A stretch of DNA of 64,000 bases from Schleiferiaceae bacterium (GTDB lineage: Bacteria > Bacteroidota > Bacteroidia > Flavobacteriales > Schleiferiaceae): contig JAURAE010000001.1 in NCBI GenBank assembly GCA_030829675.1, positions 16,516-80,515 on the forward strand. The letters run 5' to 3'. The notes under the pieces were generated by a model. That model had not been told where the DNA came from and ran no database searches. It saw only the letters and a list, made by a program, of their open reading frames with translations. Of the stretch, positions 42,759 to 52,599 are shown one piece after another. The translations under genes were made by a program, and so were the position numbers. Every line of letters starts with the position of its first letter. Positions within the stretch are counted from its first letter, which is position 1.

Positions 42759-44776
42759 TGCGATAATGCTTCTTCGGATGAGGTGATGGGCAGTCCACAA
42801 GCGTTATTCTGGCACCAATAAAACTGCATTTTCTCTGATTGGAAGCGCCCTTTGAAAATGCTCTCTTCGCGGGTGTGGTCACTCCAAAATAGCTGTGCTA
42901 AAGGAGGATAATGCGCCACGGCTAAGGCTTCGGCAGATGCTTTTGCTTCTGGGCCACAGATCACCATTTCGTGGTGACCATAAGCTTCCTGTAAAGCGAG
43001 GGAGAGCCAGTGGGAATAATTGGCCCCAAATCGAAATACCTTTTCGTGGATTCCATGCAGCGCATCAGTGGCCCACTTTGAATAGTTAGAGGTGCCAGTA
43101 ATCGCGCCGAGCCTAGCGAAGAAGTGAGCGCAAAGCGCATTCGCACTAGGAATGACATTGTCCTCCACTTCTATGTGCTGTTGCCAGGCTTCTTTTACAT
43201 CTCGAGCGTACGGCCTAAAGGCCATGCCTTCCGCAGTGGGAAATAGTTCTAGAATGTCTAGGGCCAAGGCGAGGGCACGTTCCAAATATTTTGCATCAGA
43301 TTGAACGCTAAAAAGATCCAACAAGGCAAGCCCTAAGGTACTGTAGTCGTCCAAATACCCTTCGCCACTAGGCTGGTCGATGTATTGATGGTGTAACCCC
43401 TGATCGGTGTAGGTGAGGTTCCACAAATGCTCTAATAATTGGGCCGCGGCACGATCAAATTCCTCATTCGGTAATGCCCAGTGTGCCTGCGCTAATCCGC
43501 TTACAAGAAGTGCATTCCAGCTTACGATGGCCTTAGGGTCAAGGGCGGGCTTTGGATGGCTCTGTTTTCGGGCTCTGCTGGCCTTTTTGAGTACATCAAA
43601 CCATTGGGTTTTCAATGCTTTGAGTTCCTCTGTGCTGAGCTCAAATTTGGCGCAAAACTCCTCGTCGGATAGGGGGCGGTGCAGGATGTATTTTCCTTCC
43701 CAGGCCGAATGTGGCCCCAGGTCGAAGTACTCTCGGAAGTGCTCTTGCTCCCAAAGTTTTTCAGTGACCAATTCCTCTTTGCTCCAAGTATAAAACCCGC
43801 CTTCTTCTCGAGGGGATTCCGGGGTAGGGGAATCTGCATCTAAGGCAGCTCCGAACAGCCCGCTGGGTAAGGCCATGTGTTGTTGTAGGAAGGACCAAGT
43901 TTGGCGTAGGATCTGGGCGTAGTGTTCGCTCGGGCGATGGCGTTGTGCCAAGGCAAAGAGCTGAAGCAATTGGCCGTTGTCATACAGCATTTTCTCGAAG
44001 TGGGGGACCTTCCAAAATCGGTCCGTAGCATACCTCGTAAATCCACCGTGCACACTATCGTACAACCCACCGTACGACATGCGCTCCAGCGTGTGATGCA
44101 CATAATCCAACACTGCGGACTGACCAGTAACAATGCCGTATTGCAGGAGGTATTGATAGTTCGTGGGCATGGGGAATTTTGGTGCCCTATTGTTGCCGCC
44201 CCAGTTCGGATCCCAACTCCGCATCCAAGGCACGAGAACATCTTCGAGGTCTGAAGGGGTAAAGGTGTCGGCCACCCCATTTTTATGCACTGCGACCAAT
44301 TCTTTTAGGCCCTCTTGCATTTTAGTCCCATAGGAAAGCACCGTCTCGCGATCCTCGCGCCATAATTTGGCAATCTGCTCCAATGCCGCACTCCAATCTG
44401 CTTTAGAAAAATAAGTACCGCCCCATACTGGAGTGCCATCGGGCAAGGCAATAACGTTCAAAGGCCAACCGCCCTGGCCGGTCATCAATTGCACGGCAGA
44501 CATATACCGTGCGTCCAAATCAGGTCGCTCCTCTCGGTCAACCTTGATGCTGGTATAATGGGCATTCATCAACGACGCCACCGCACCATCTTCAAAGCTC
44601 TCGTGCTCCATCACATGGCACCAATGGCAACTAGAGTAGCCTATGGAGATCAATACTAATTTATCCTTGAGCTGCGCCTCATCTAACACGCCCTGCGACC
44701 ACTGTTTCCAATGCACGGGATTTTTCGCATGTTGTTGCAAGTACAGACTCTTGCTGAGGTGAAGCTCGTTGGACAT
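42746..44776 (-). CDS. Thioredoxin-domain protein YyaL (DUF255 plus six-hairpin glycosidase-like domain)
   Basis: N-terminal ISIGYSSCHWCHVMEHESFED motif. 676 aa. Confidence 0.85.
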   Translation of the reverse strand: MSNELHLSKSLYLQQHAKNPVHWKQWSQGVLDEAQLKDKLVLISIGYSSCHWCHVMEHESFEDGAVASLMNAHYTSIKVDREERPDLDARYMSAVQLMTGQGGWPLNVIALPDGTPVWGGTYFSKADWSAALEQIAKLWREDRETVLSYGTKMQEGLKELVAVHKNGVADTFTPSDLEDVLVPWMRSWDPNWGGNNRAPKFPMPTNYQYLLQYGIVTGQSAVLDYVHHTLERMSYGGLYDSVHGGFTRYATDRFWKVPHFEKMLYDNGQLLQLFALAQRHRPSEHYAQILRQTWSFLQQHMALPSGLFGAALDADSPTPESPREEGGFYTWSKEELVTEKLWEQEHFREYFDLGPHSAWEGKYILHRPLSDEEFCAKFELSTEELKALKTQWFDVLKKASRARKQSHPKPALDPKAIVSWNALLVSGLAQAHWALPNEEFDRAAAQLLEHLWNLTYTDQGLHHQYIDQPSGEGYLDDYSTLGLALLDLFSVQSDAKYLERALALALDILELFPTAEGMAFRPYARDVKEAWQQHIEVEDNVIPSANALCAHFFARLGAITGTSNYSKWATDALHGIHEKVFRFGANYSHWLSLALQEAYGHHEMVICGPEAKASAEALAVAHYPPLAQLFWSDHTREESIFKGRFQSEKMQFYWCQNNACGLPITSSEEALSQWKG

Positions 44777-44780
44777 TTCC

Positions 44781-46166
44781 TTACTTCATTTGGTTCACGT
44801 AGTTGTGGTAGAAGTAAGGGATGGTTTCAATGCCTTTGAAGTAGTTGAATACGCCGTAATGCTCGTTCGGGCTGTGGATGGCATCGCTATCTAATCCGAA
44901 GCCCATCAAGATGCTCTTCGCGCCCAAAATTTGTTCAAATAAGGCAACAATGGGAATAGAACCGCCACTTCTCACGGGTAATGCGGGCTTTCCAAATGTT
45001 CTCTCGTATGCCGCCGAAGCGCTTTGGTATGCTGGATCTGTAGATTGCGTCACATAAGGTAAACCGCCGTGGTGAGGCGTTACTTTCACACTCACACTCG
45101 CCGGCGCGATATTGATAAAATGTTGGGTAAACTTCTCCGTGATGGCATCCGGATCTTGACCAGGTACCAAACGCATGGAAATTTTAGCATAGGCCTTGGA
45201 AGGAATAACCGTCTTGGCGCCTTCGCCAATGTATCCGCCCCAAATACCGTTCACGTCCAAGGTTGGACGAATGCTTGTGCGCTCTGGCGTTGAATATCCT
45301 TCTTCGCCCCACACATCTGAGATGCCGATGGACTTCTTGAAGGCCTCTTGGCTGAACGGTGCTTGTGCCATCAAGGCACGCTCATCGTCCGAAACGATCT
45401 CCACACCGTCGTAAAACCCTTCCACGGTGATTTCGCCTTTCTCGTTGTGTAGACTGGCCACCATTTGAGTCAAAATATTGATCGGATTTGCCACCGCTCC
45501 TCCGTACAACCCAGAATGCAAGTCACGGTTCGGACCGGTAACTTCCACCTCCACATAGCTCAAGCCTCTAAGACCTGTGGTGATGGACGGGGTATCATTG
45601 GCAATCATGCCTGTATCTGAAATGAGGATGGTATCACAAGCGAGCATGTCTTTGTGCTCGGAGAGGAACGGGCCTAGGTTCGAGGATCCCACTTCTTCCT
45701 CACCCTCGATCATGAATTTCACATTACAAGGTACGCCGCCTTCGGCTTGAAGGACCTCAAATGCCTTGAGGTGCATGAACATCTGTCCTTTGTCGTCACA
45801 GGCACCACGGGCAAAAATGGCCCCTTCCGGATGAATATCTGTGGCCTTGATGATGGGGTCGAAAGGGTCATTGTCCCAAAGCTCGATAGGATCGGCCGGC
45901 TGGACATCGTAATGGCCATAGACCAAAACAGTCGGTAAGGCAGGGTCGATTAAGAAATCACCATAGACAATAGGATGGCCCTTAGTGGGGTAGATGTTGA
46001 CGTTTTGAATGCCCAAATTCTTCATGTGTGCTGCAATGTGCTCGGCACAAGCGGCCACTTGATCATTGTAGGCGGGGTCCGCTGAAATAGAAGGGATGCG
46101 CAAAAGTTCAAAGAGTTCATTGAGCATGCGTTCTTTGTGCGTATCGATAAAAGATTTGGGGTTCAT
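44781..46166 (-). CDS. M20-family dipeptidase
   Basis: 461 aa. VYGHYDVQP, ARGACDDKGQ and EGEEEVGS metal-site motifs of the M20 family. Confidence 0.85.
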   Translation of the reverse strand: MNPKSFIDTHKERMLNELFELLRIPSISADPAYNDQVAACAEHIAAHMKNLGIQNVNIYPTKGHPIVYGDFLIDPALPTVLVYGHYDVQPADPIELWDNDPFDPIIKATDIHPEGAIFARGACDDKGQMFMHLKAFEVLQAEGGVPCNVKFMIEGEEEVGSSNLGPFLSEHKDMLACDTILISDTGMIANDTPSITTGLRGLSYVEVEVTGPNRDLHSGLYGGAVANPINILTQMVASLHNEKGEITVEGFYDGVEIVSDDERALMAQAPFSQEAFKKSIGISDVWGEEGYSTPERTSIRPTLDVNGIWGGYIGEGAKTVIPSKAYAKISMRLVPGQDPDAITEKFTQHFINIAPASVSVKVTPHHGGLPYVTQSTDPAYQSASAAYERTFGKPALPVRSGGSIPIVALFEQILGAKSILMGFGLDSDAIHSPNEHYGVFNYFKGIETIPYFYHNYVNQMK

Positions 46167-46191
46167 AGTGGATTAAATTTTGGGTTCTCTT

Positions 46192-46199
46192 CAAAGGTA
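46192..46199 (-). promoter_or_regulatory. -7 promoter box (TAccTTTG on the minus strand) for the M20-yyaL-tag operon
   Basis: Plus-strand CAAAGGTA lies 25 nt upstream of start 46166. Confidence 0.4.
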
Positions 46200-46229
46200 A
46201 GACCTACATTTAAATTCCTATATTCGGGC

Positions 46230-48446
46230 ATGCGCAAATTCCTACTAGCCATAGCATTGTGTTCAGCCGGCCTATTGACCGCCCAGCCCAGCATGACAGT
46301 AAGTACTACTGGTAACTATAAGAATCCTTATTGGATGGCTTCTAACATTTTGGTTGACTCTAATCTTTCAGTGTTCAATATGGGGCACAATGCAATGAGT
46401 TTGACACAACCAAATACCAATCAGATTGGGTATTTCCAAGCGAATGATACAACCTTTCCAGTTCAATCAGGAATTGTGATGGTAGCAGCGCAGAATTCAT
46501 CAGATGTTATTGCATCAAGTCCTGGTTCCGGAAACAACGTGACTTTTACGGATAGTGAATTAGCGGGAGTATTGAGTCAATTAGGGAGTTCTGGTTATGC
46601 TATCAAAGACATGGTTAGCATTGAATTTAGTTTCATTGCTCAATCAGATTCTATCAAGTTCAATTACTGTTTTGGTTCTCATGAATACGATGGATATACT
46701 TGTAGTAATTTCAATGACGTATTCGGGTTTTTCTTGGAGGGATCATTTATAAATGGGGTATCCGCTCCTTCTGGTGGATCTATAGTTCGGAACATTGCAA
46801 CCATTCCCGGTACCACAGTGCCGATTGCTGTAAACACAATTAATAGTGGTAGCCCATCCGGGGGTTATCCTGCTTCAAATTGCTCCTCAGCAAATCCAAA
46901 TTACGTCGCTCATAGTGCCTATTACAATAGTTCAAACGGTACAATCACGACCTTGGACGGATATACAGATAAATTCACAGCACAAGCACAAGTTCAGTGT
47001 GGAGAATGGTATACGATCCGATTAAAATTAGCCAACGTAAGTGATGCTGCTCTAAGTTCTGCGGTATTTTTGGAGGAAAAGTCCTTAAAAGGACCAGAAA
47101 TTTCCTTTGCGCAGAACAACAATGTAGGTAATTCTTTTACTGACTCATTACTAGTTGAGGGGTGTAATAAGAATGAGATAGTGTTTACTAGATCGGCTAA
47201 TTTGGGTATACAAATGGAGATACCAATTTATGTTGATACAAATCTTAGTACAGCAATTGAAGGAGTAGACTTTTCTACCTTGCCAGATACTATTGTTTTA
47301 CCGCCTAACGTAAGCTCTGATACTTTAGTATTTTGGGTGTATGATGATAATATATCAGAAGGAAATGAATCTCTGGTAATTGTTCAAGATTACGTTTATA
47401 CACAATGCTACAACTATCCCGTACATAGATTTGAATATTTTATCCGGGATAAGGATAGTTTGCAGGGTTCATTGACCCTAAATGCCATATCAGATACGGT
47501 AAATTGCCCAGGCGATAGTGTAGAATTAATTACAACAAATATCACCTATGAAGGCAGCTATGATGGATTTTGGTTGAATGATAGTGCCTTCCTGCCTTCG
47601 CGATGGGTCCAAGTTGATGGCGATACCACCTTCACCTATATCATGTTCGACGAATGTGGGGACACGATGATTTTTGAGCAGAATATGTACCTGAAGCCCT
47701 ACGAGCCGATGGTGTATGAGCAGGATACCATCCGTGTTTGTCCGGGCGATTCCGCATGGCTGAGTCCTGTGTATTACGGCGGTCAAGATCCTTTGACATT
47801 CTATTGGATGGATAATCTAACACAAAATAATCCGAGGTCAATTTTGCCCTGGTCGGACACAACCTTCGTGCCATTCAGTATTGCCGATGGATGTCAGGTA
47901 TTGTTGATTGATAGTGCAGTGGCAATCAATATGCCAAAGCCATTAGCAGGATTTAATTATATGAATGACCCATACGTTCCTTTGCGTGTGGCATTTGATG
48001 AGAAGGCGCAAAACGAGGTAAGCTGGACTTGGTATTTAGATTCTACGGTCATCACTGGTGAAAATTTTGAGTATGACTTCTCGCGTCCTGGTGATTATGA
48101 AGTAACGCAGGTAGTGACCAGTGATTTCGGATGTATTGACAGTATCACGTTAATTGTAACCGTAGAAACTGATTTTTACCTGTACATACCTACAGCATTT
48201 TCCCCGAATAATGACGGTATAAATGATTGTTTCGAAATCAAAGGAGTTGGATACGAATCAATCGATTTTCAGGTATTCGACCGTTGGGGGAATCGAGTTT
48301 TTGAATCTACGGATGATTCGAACTGTTGGGATGGTCGCTATAATAATCAATTGCTACCTCAAGGCGCTTACTCTTGGAGAATCTTGGTAAGACTTCCATT
48401 CGATGGATTTGTTATGAAGGAAGGAGTGCTCAATATTTGGAGGTAA
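46230..48446 (+). CDS. Choice-of-anchor-L domain protein with T9SS type B (gliding-motility-associated) C-terminal sorting domain
   Basis: Start moved to MRKFLLAIALCSAGLLTAQ. IKFNYCFGSHEYDGYTCSNFNDVFGFFL motif of choice-of-anchor L. C-terminal IPTAFSPNNDGINDCFEIKG...VFDRWGNRVFES...CWDGRYNN...LPQGAYSWRI. Confidence 0.8.
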   Translation: MRKFLLAIALCSAGLLTAQPSMTVSTTGNYKNPYWMASNILVDSNLSVFNMGHNAMSLTQPNTNQIGYFQANDTTFPVQSGIVMVAAQNSSDVIASSPGSGNNVTFTDSELAGVLSQLGSSGYAIKDMVSIEFSFIAQSDSIKFNYCFGSHEYDGYTCSNFNDVFGFFLEGSFINGVSAPSGGSIVRNIATIPGTTVPIAVNTINSGSPSGGYPASNCSSANPNYVAHSAYYNSSNGTITTLDGYTDKFTAQAQVQCGEWYTIRLKLANVSDAALSSAVFLEEKSLKGPEISFAQNNNVGNSFTDSLLVEGCNKNEIVFTRSANLGIQMEIPIYVDTNLSTAIEGVDFSTLPDTIVLPPNVSSDTLVFWVYDDNISEGNESLVIVQDYVYTQCYNYPVHRFEYFIRDKDSLQGSLTLNAISDTVNCPGDSVELITTNITYEGSYDGFWLNDSAFLPSRWVQVDGDTTFTYIMFDECGDTMIFEQNMYLKPYEPMVYEQDTIRVCPGDSAWLSPVYYGGQDPLTFYWMDNLTQNNPRSILPWSDTTFVPFSIADGCQVLLIDSAVAINMPKPLAGFNYMNDPYVPLRVAFDEKAQNEVSWTWYLDSTVITGENFEYDFSRPGDYEVTQVVTSDFGCIDSITLIVTVETDFYLYIPTAFSPNNDGINDCFEIKGVGYESIDFQVFDRWGNRVFESTDDSNCWDGRYNNQLLPQGAYSWRILVRLPFDGFVMKEGVLNIWR

Positions 48447-48452
48447 TTGTAA

Positions 48453-49328
48453 TTACAAGAATGGAATAGTCAAGATTCCGATCACCAGGACCACTTTGTA
48501 GCACAAGTGGGCCCAGCGCAATCCGCGTAGGCTTTTGGCGCCCAGTGTGAGCGTGTTGGCCACGCTGAGGAGTACGAGCATGAGCAGCATGCCTAATTGG
48601 GCATAAAAACTGAACCATTGCTGCGTGAAGAAGGCGGGGATCCATGCAATACCACTGCTGATGATCAGGGCCAAGCGCACCTGATCGCCTCCAAACTCAC
48701 TGGCCGCGGTGCTTTTTCCCATAACGGTATCGCCTTTTACCATCAGAAGGTCTTTAAGCAACTCACGCGAGAATAAAGCGAGGCCGATGAGACCTCCAAA
48801 GGCGAAAGTATGTAGGCTGAGGTATTGGTGATAGACGCTGATCCCAAAAAAGGGCAGCAGGCCGATAATGGAAGCGCTAAAATGACCGACCAGTGGAATA
48901 TTGCGGACCTTGTGGCTGTAGAACCATAGTAAAAAGGCGTAGAATGCATAGAACAGCAATCCACGCCAGCTCACGGTATAGGCCATGAGGAGTCCTATGA
49001 TCAATGCCAACACAGCGATGCGGAGTGAGGTGCTTTGGCTGACCAATCGTTCGAAGGCGGTTTGCTTGGGCCTATTGATGGTGTCGGTCTCCAAATCGTA
49101 AAAGCTGTTGATGAGGAAGCCAAAGACCAGTAGGAAGGCGGAGGACCAGATGGTCAGGTGCGTTCCTGTATCCGAGAGTGTGCTTTGCCAAGTGTTGCTG
49201 GGTTCAAAGACGAAAAGCGCCGCGAGGTATTGGCCGATGAGGAGCAATAACACGTTGTACCAACGGATTTGGCTAAGTAAGGCTAGGAATTTTAGGAGGG
49301 AATATCGGCGGCGGTTCAGTGCTGTCAA
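48453..49328 (-). CDS. UbiA-superfamily aromatic/polyprenyl transferase (possibly archaeal DGGGP-synthase-like), TTG start
   Basis: About 8-9 TM helices. First Asp-rich motif NSFYDLETDTINRPKQ, second KDLLMVKGDTVMGKST. There is no in-frame ATG before residue about 105. The TTG at 49328 overlaps the mvk stop (TTGA). Confidence 0.7.
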   Translation of the reverse strand: MTALNRRRYSLLKFLALLSQIRWYNVLLLLIGQYLAALFVFEPSNTWQSTLSDTGTHLTIWSSAFLLVFGFLINSFYDLETDTINRPKQTAFERLVSQSTSLRIAVLALIIGLLMAYTVSWRGLLFYAFYAFLLWFYSHKVRNIPLVGHFSASIIGLLPFFGISVYHQYLSLHTFAFGGLIGLALFSRELLKDLLMVKGDTVMGKSTAASEFGGDQVRLALIISSGIAWIPAFFTQQWFSFYAQLGMLLMLVLLSVANTLTLGAKSLRGLRWAHLCYKVVLVIGILTIPFL

Positions 49329-50251
49329 AATCTGTAGACGACTTCAGGGGAGAACCCTTCAAATTTAGACTTGACCTTATCGTAATCACGGGTGAAGCCC
49401 ATGACAAAACCACCACCGCCTGAACCACAGAGCTTGAGGTAATATTCCTCACTCTCCAATCCTTCGCGCCAAAGGTCGTGGAACCCTTGTGGAATCATTG
49501 GATCGAAGTTGTCAAGGACGAGGGCACTCAACTTTTTCAAATTGTTGAATAACGGGGTGCGGTCGCCTTTGACGAATGCTTTGATACAAGCGTCGTTGTA
49601 TTTAATGAATTGGTTCTTCAGCATATTGCGGAAGCCCTCTTCTTTGAGTTTCTCCATGAAGATTTCTACCATGGGCTGGGTTTCGCCAGGTGCACCGCTG
49701 TTCAATAAGAACACCGCGCCTGAGCCTTCTGCCAACGAAGCGGGAAGCTCAATAGTACCCAGGTTGTCCTTACTCTTGATCAACAAGGGCAGGCCGAGGT
49801 AACAAATGGTAGGGTCAATACCGCTGCTCTTTCCGTGGAAGTAGCTTTCCATCCAGCTGAAAATCTGCTTGAGGGCTTTAATGTCCTTCGCTTTTTCAGG
49901 GTTGGCAGAGATCTTATTGGTGCAGTAACGGTCGTAAATGGCCGCCACCAAGGCACCGGAAGAACCTACACCAAAACCTTGTGGAATAGAGGAATCGAAG
50001 AATAGTCCGCAGTTTAGATCGGCATCGAAGGCTCTAAAATCAAAGTCGCACGGTGCGTCTTCAGATTTAAGGTACTCGACATATTTACGAAGGTTGGCAT
50101 TGCTTTTCTCCTGTACTGCATCTTGTTCTGAAGCGAACTGGAACGCGCCCTTATAATAGGTGTGCGGAATCGATAGGCCCATACTGTTTCCAATGATTCC
50201 GTACTCTCCAAAGAGAAGCACTTTACCGTAAAAGAGCGGATTCTTTTCCAT
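49325..50251 (-). CDS. mvk: GHMP-family kinase, mevalonate kinase-like
   Basis: GKVLLFGEYGII N-terminal motif and PQGFGVGSSGALVAA ATP-binding motif. The gene abuts mvaD. Confidence 0.75.
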   Translation of the reverse strand: MEKNPLFYGKVLLFGEYGIIGNSMGLSIPHTYYKGAFQFASEQDAVQEKSNANLRKYVEYLKSEDAPCDFDFRAFDADLNCGLFFDSSIPQGFGVGSSGALVAAIYDRYCTNKISANPEKAKDIKALKQIFSWMESYFHGKSSGIDPTICYLGLPLLIKSKDNLGTIELPASLAEGSGAVFLLNSGAPGETQPMVEIFMEKLKEEGFRNMLKNQFIKYNDACIKAFVKGDRTPLFNNLKKLSALVLDNFDPMIPQGFHDLWREGLESEEYYLKLCGSGGGGFVMGFTRDYDKVKSKFEGFSPEVVYRF

Positions 50252-51262
50252 TTATAGCTGTTTAGGTCCTTGACCAACTTCGTCACATAGGTAACTCCCG
50301 TCCTTACAAAAAGTTCGTAAGTCACTGTCTATGAACTGCAAAATTACGTCTTTATGCGATTTTGGGTACAACAAATGCACATTTGCCCCGGCATCTAAGG
50401 TAAAATACAATGGATTGCCTGTGTTTTCGCGGAATGCCCAAATGGCCTCGATGACCTTGAGGGTATTCGGCTTCATCAGGATAAAATAGGGACGAGAGCT
50501 CATCATCATAGCGTGCAGCGTCAAGGCTTCACTTTCTACGATGGCCCCAAATCCTTCAATATCTCCATTACGCATGCAGGTCAAAATATCTGCTTGGTTG
50601 GTGTGGGCTTGGGCGAAACGTGCCTCTGCATACGCGTGGCCTTCCATCAAGCCGTGACCTACAGTAGAGCTCACGACTTTTTCGCCTTTATCTACCAATA
50701 GGATGGTGTCCTGGAAGGTGGTGAATACTTCGGCTACATCGTCGTAGGCAACGGCCCAGCGGTCGTGGCTTCCTTGGATGTCCTGGTGTGTTCCCCAGGC
50801 GGCCAATGGGCCAAAAACGCTTCGTGATCCAGACCCAGATCCTAATCTTGCGGCTTCGCTAGCCTCTTGGAAAAAGTCTGAAACGGGCAGTCCCAATGCT
50901 TGTTTCACGCTCATTAAACACAAGGCTAAAGCGCTCATGCCCGAGGCAGAGGAGGCAATGCCCGAGCTGTGTGGGAAGCTGTTGGAGGTGTGAATTTCCA
51001 AATCAAGGGTGCTGGCAAAAGGAAATTGCTCGGCAGTACGTTCGAGGAACGTCTTGATTTTCGGCAGGAAACTCGGGGTGGAAACGCCTTCGAGATATAC
51101 TTCTATTTGGCCAGTTCCCGGCGCGTACTTCAACGTCGTGGTTGTGGCCGCTGCACTCAGGGTAAAGCTAATAGAAGGGTTGGCCGGTATTTGGACCGGG
51201 TATTTGCCCCAGTATTTTACTAGCGCAATATTAGAAGGGCTTTTCCAGGTTACTTCTTTCAT
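50252..51262 (-). CDS. mvaD: Diphosphomevalonate decarboxylase
   Basis: SNIALVKYWGK and RLGSGSGSRS motifs. 336 aa. Confidence 0.88.
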   Translation of the reverse strand: MKEVTWKSPSNIALVKYWGKYPVQIPANPSISFTLSAAATTTTLKYAPGTGQIEVYLEGVSTPSFLPKIKTFLERTAEQFPFASTLDLEIHTSNSFPHSSGIASSASGMSALALCLMSVKQALGLPVSDFFQEASEAARLGSGSGSRSVFGPLAAWGTHQDIQGSHDRWAVAYDDVAEVFTTFQDTILLVDKGEKVVSSTVGHGLMEGHAYAEARFAQAHTNQADILTCMRNGDIEGFGAIVESEALTLHAMMMSSRPYFILMKPNTLKVIEAIWAFRENTGNPLYFTLDAGANVHLLYPKSHKDVILQFIDSDLRTFCKDGSYLCDEVGQGPKQL

Positions 51263-52149
51263 TATTCGAAGCTCACGCCGCTAACTTCATTGGCGCGATC
51301 AATTTTCTTGATCAACCCCTGCAAGGTTTTTCCTGGTCCGCATTCTACGAAGTGAGTGGCGCCGTCGGCCATCATCTCCTGAACACTTTGGGTCCATTTT
51401 ACCGGAGCAGTTAATTGGTCGATTAAATTCTTTTTAATCTCTGTTGGGTTTTGCACTGCTTTCGCAACGCTGTTCTGGTACACAGGGCACACCGGAGTAT
51501 CGATGTCTGTTGCTTCGATAGCGGCGGCTAATTCTGCTCTAGCAGGCTCCATCAATGGGCTGTGGAATGCTCCACCCACTGGTAGTACCAAGGCGCGACG
51601 CGCACCAGCTTCGGTAGCTTTTGTACAAGCAGCCTCCACGGCACTGATCGTACCCGATATCACTAACTGCCCAGGACAGTTATAGTTCGCGGCCACAACT
51701 ACGCCGTCGATATCGGCGCAAATATTTTCGACTACTTCATCGTCTAGGCCCAAGATTGCGGCCATCGTGGATGGATTCTGCTCACAGGCTTTTTGCATCG
51801 CCATGGCACGCTTGCTCACCAAGGTTAGGGCGTCCGTAAAGCTCAACGCACCGGTCGCACAAAGGGCTGAAAACTCACCCAAACTGTGGCCTGCCACCAT
51901 ATCTGGCTGGAAATCGTTGCCCAACAGTTTTGCCATAATCACGCTCATGGTAAAGATGGCCGGTTGGGTTACTTTGGTTTGCTTGAGCTCTTCCTCCGTT
52001 CCTTCGAACATGATTTTGCTCAATTCAAAACCTAGCACTCTGTCGGCGGTGTCGAACAGCTCGCGTGCTTCTTTGTGGTTGTCGTACAAGTCTCTTCCCA
52101 TTCCTGGGTACTGGGCGCCTTGGCCCGGAAATACATAGGCTTTGCTCAT
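51262..52149 (-). CDS. fabD: Malonyl-CoA:ACP transacylase
   Basis: FPGQGAQ, GHSLGEFSA and GAFHSPLM motifs. Confidence 0.93.
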   Translation of the reverse strand: MSKAYVFPGQGAQYPGMGRDLYDNHKEARELFDTADRVLGFELSKIMFEGTEEELKQTKVTQPAIFTMSVIMAKLLGNDFQPDMVAGHSLGEFSALCATGALSFTDALTLVSKRAMAMQKACEQNPSTMAAILGLDDEVVENICADIDGVVVAANYNCPGQLVISGTISAVEAACTKATEAGARRALVLPVGGAFHSPLMEPARAELAAAIEATDIDTPVCPVYQNSVAKAVQNPTEIKKNLIDQLTAPVKWTQSVQEMMADGATHFVECGPGKTLQGLIKKIDRANEVSGVSFE

Positions 52150-52559
52150 TCTCCGTAGTATTCTATAATGTTATTATGTGTTTCGGCCAATTGGATTTTG
52201 TGCAACTCGGCCCCGTGTTCAGCAACTTTCGGTGCGAGGATCTTCCAAAATTCATAGGCAATAATCTCAGCAGTGGGCTGCTTGCCCGCCATGAAGTCGA
52301 TATCTAAATTCAAGTTTTTGTGGTCGACCACATCGATGATGTGCTCGCGAATGATCTGTTTGAGGTCGAAAAGGTTCATCACGAAGCCTGTTTCTGGGTC
52401 GATTTCCCCGCGAACGGTCACCTCCAACTCGAAGTTGTGTCCGTGGTAGTTCTCGTTTGAACATTTTCCGAAAACCTTTTTATTGGTCGCGGCGTCCCAT
52501 TTATCATTCCACAATTTGTGCGCAGCACAGAAGTGTTCTTTGCGCTTGATATACATCAT
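52146..52559 (-). CDS. queD: 6-carboxy-5,6,7,8-tetrahydropterin synthase (PTPS family)
   Basis: FCAAHKL... and CSNENYHGHNFELEVTV motifs. 137 aa. ATGA overlap with fabD. Confidence 0.85.
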   Translation of the reverse strand: MMYIKRKEHFCAAHKLWNDKWDAATNKKVFGKCSNENYHGHNFELEVTVRGEIDPETGFVMNLFDLKQIIREHIIDVVDHKNLNLDIDFMAGKQPTAEIIAYEFWKILAPKVAEHGAELHKIQLAETHNNIIEYYGE

Positions 52560-52576
52560 GCTGGTAAAAGTTTAAG

Positions 52577-52584
52577 CAAAGATA
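52577..52584 (-). promoter_or_regulatory. -7 promoter box (TAtcTTTG on the minus strand) for the queD-fabD-mvaD-mvk-UbiA operon
   Basis: Plus-strand CAAAGATA lies 17 nt upstream of start 52559, in a 40-nt intergenic gap. Confidence 0.45.
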
Positions 52585-52599
52585 CGATGGGTGAAGTTT

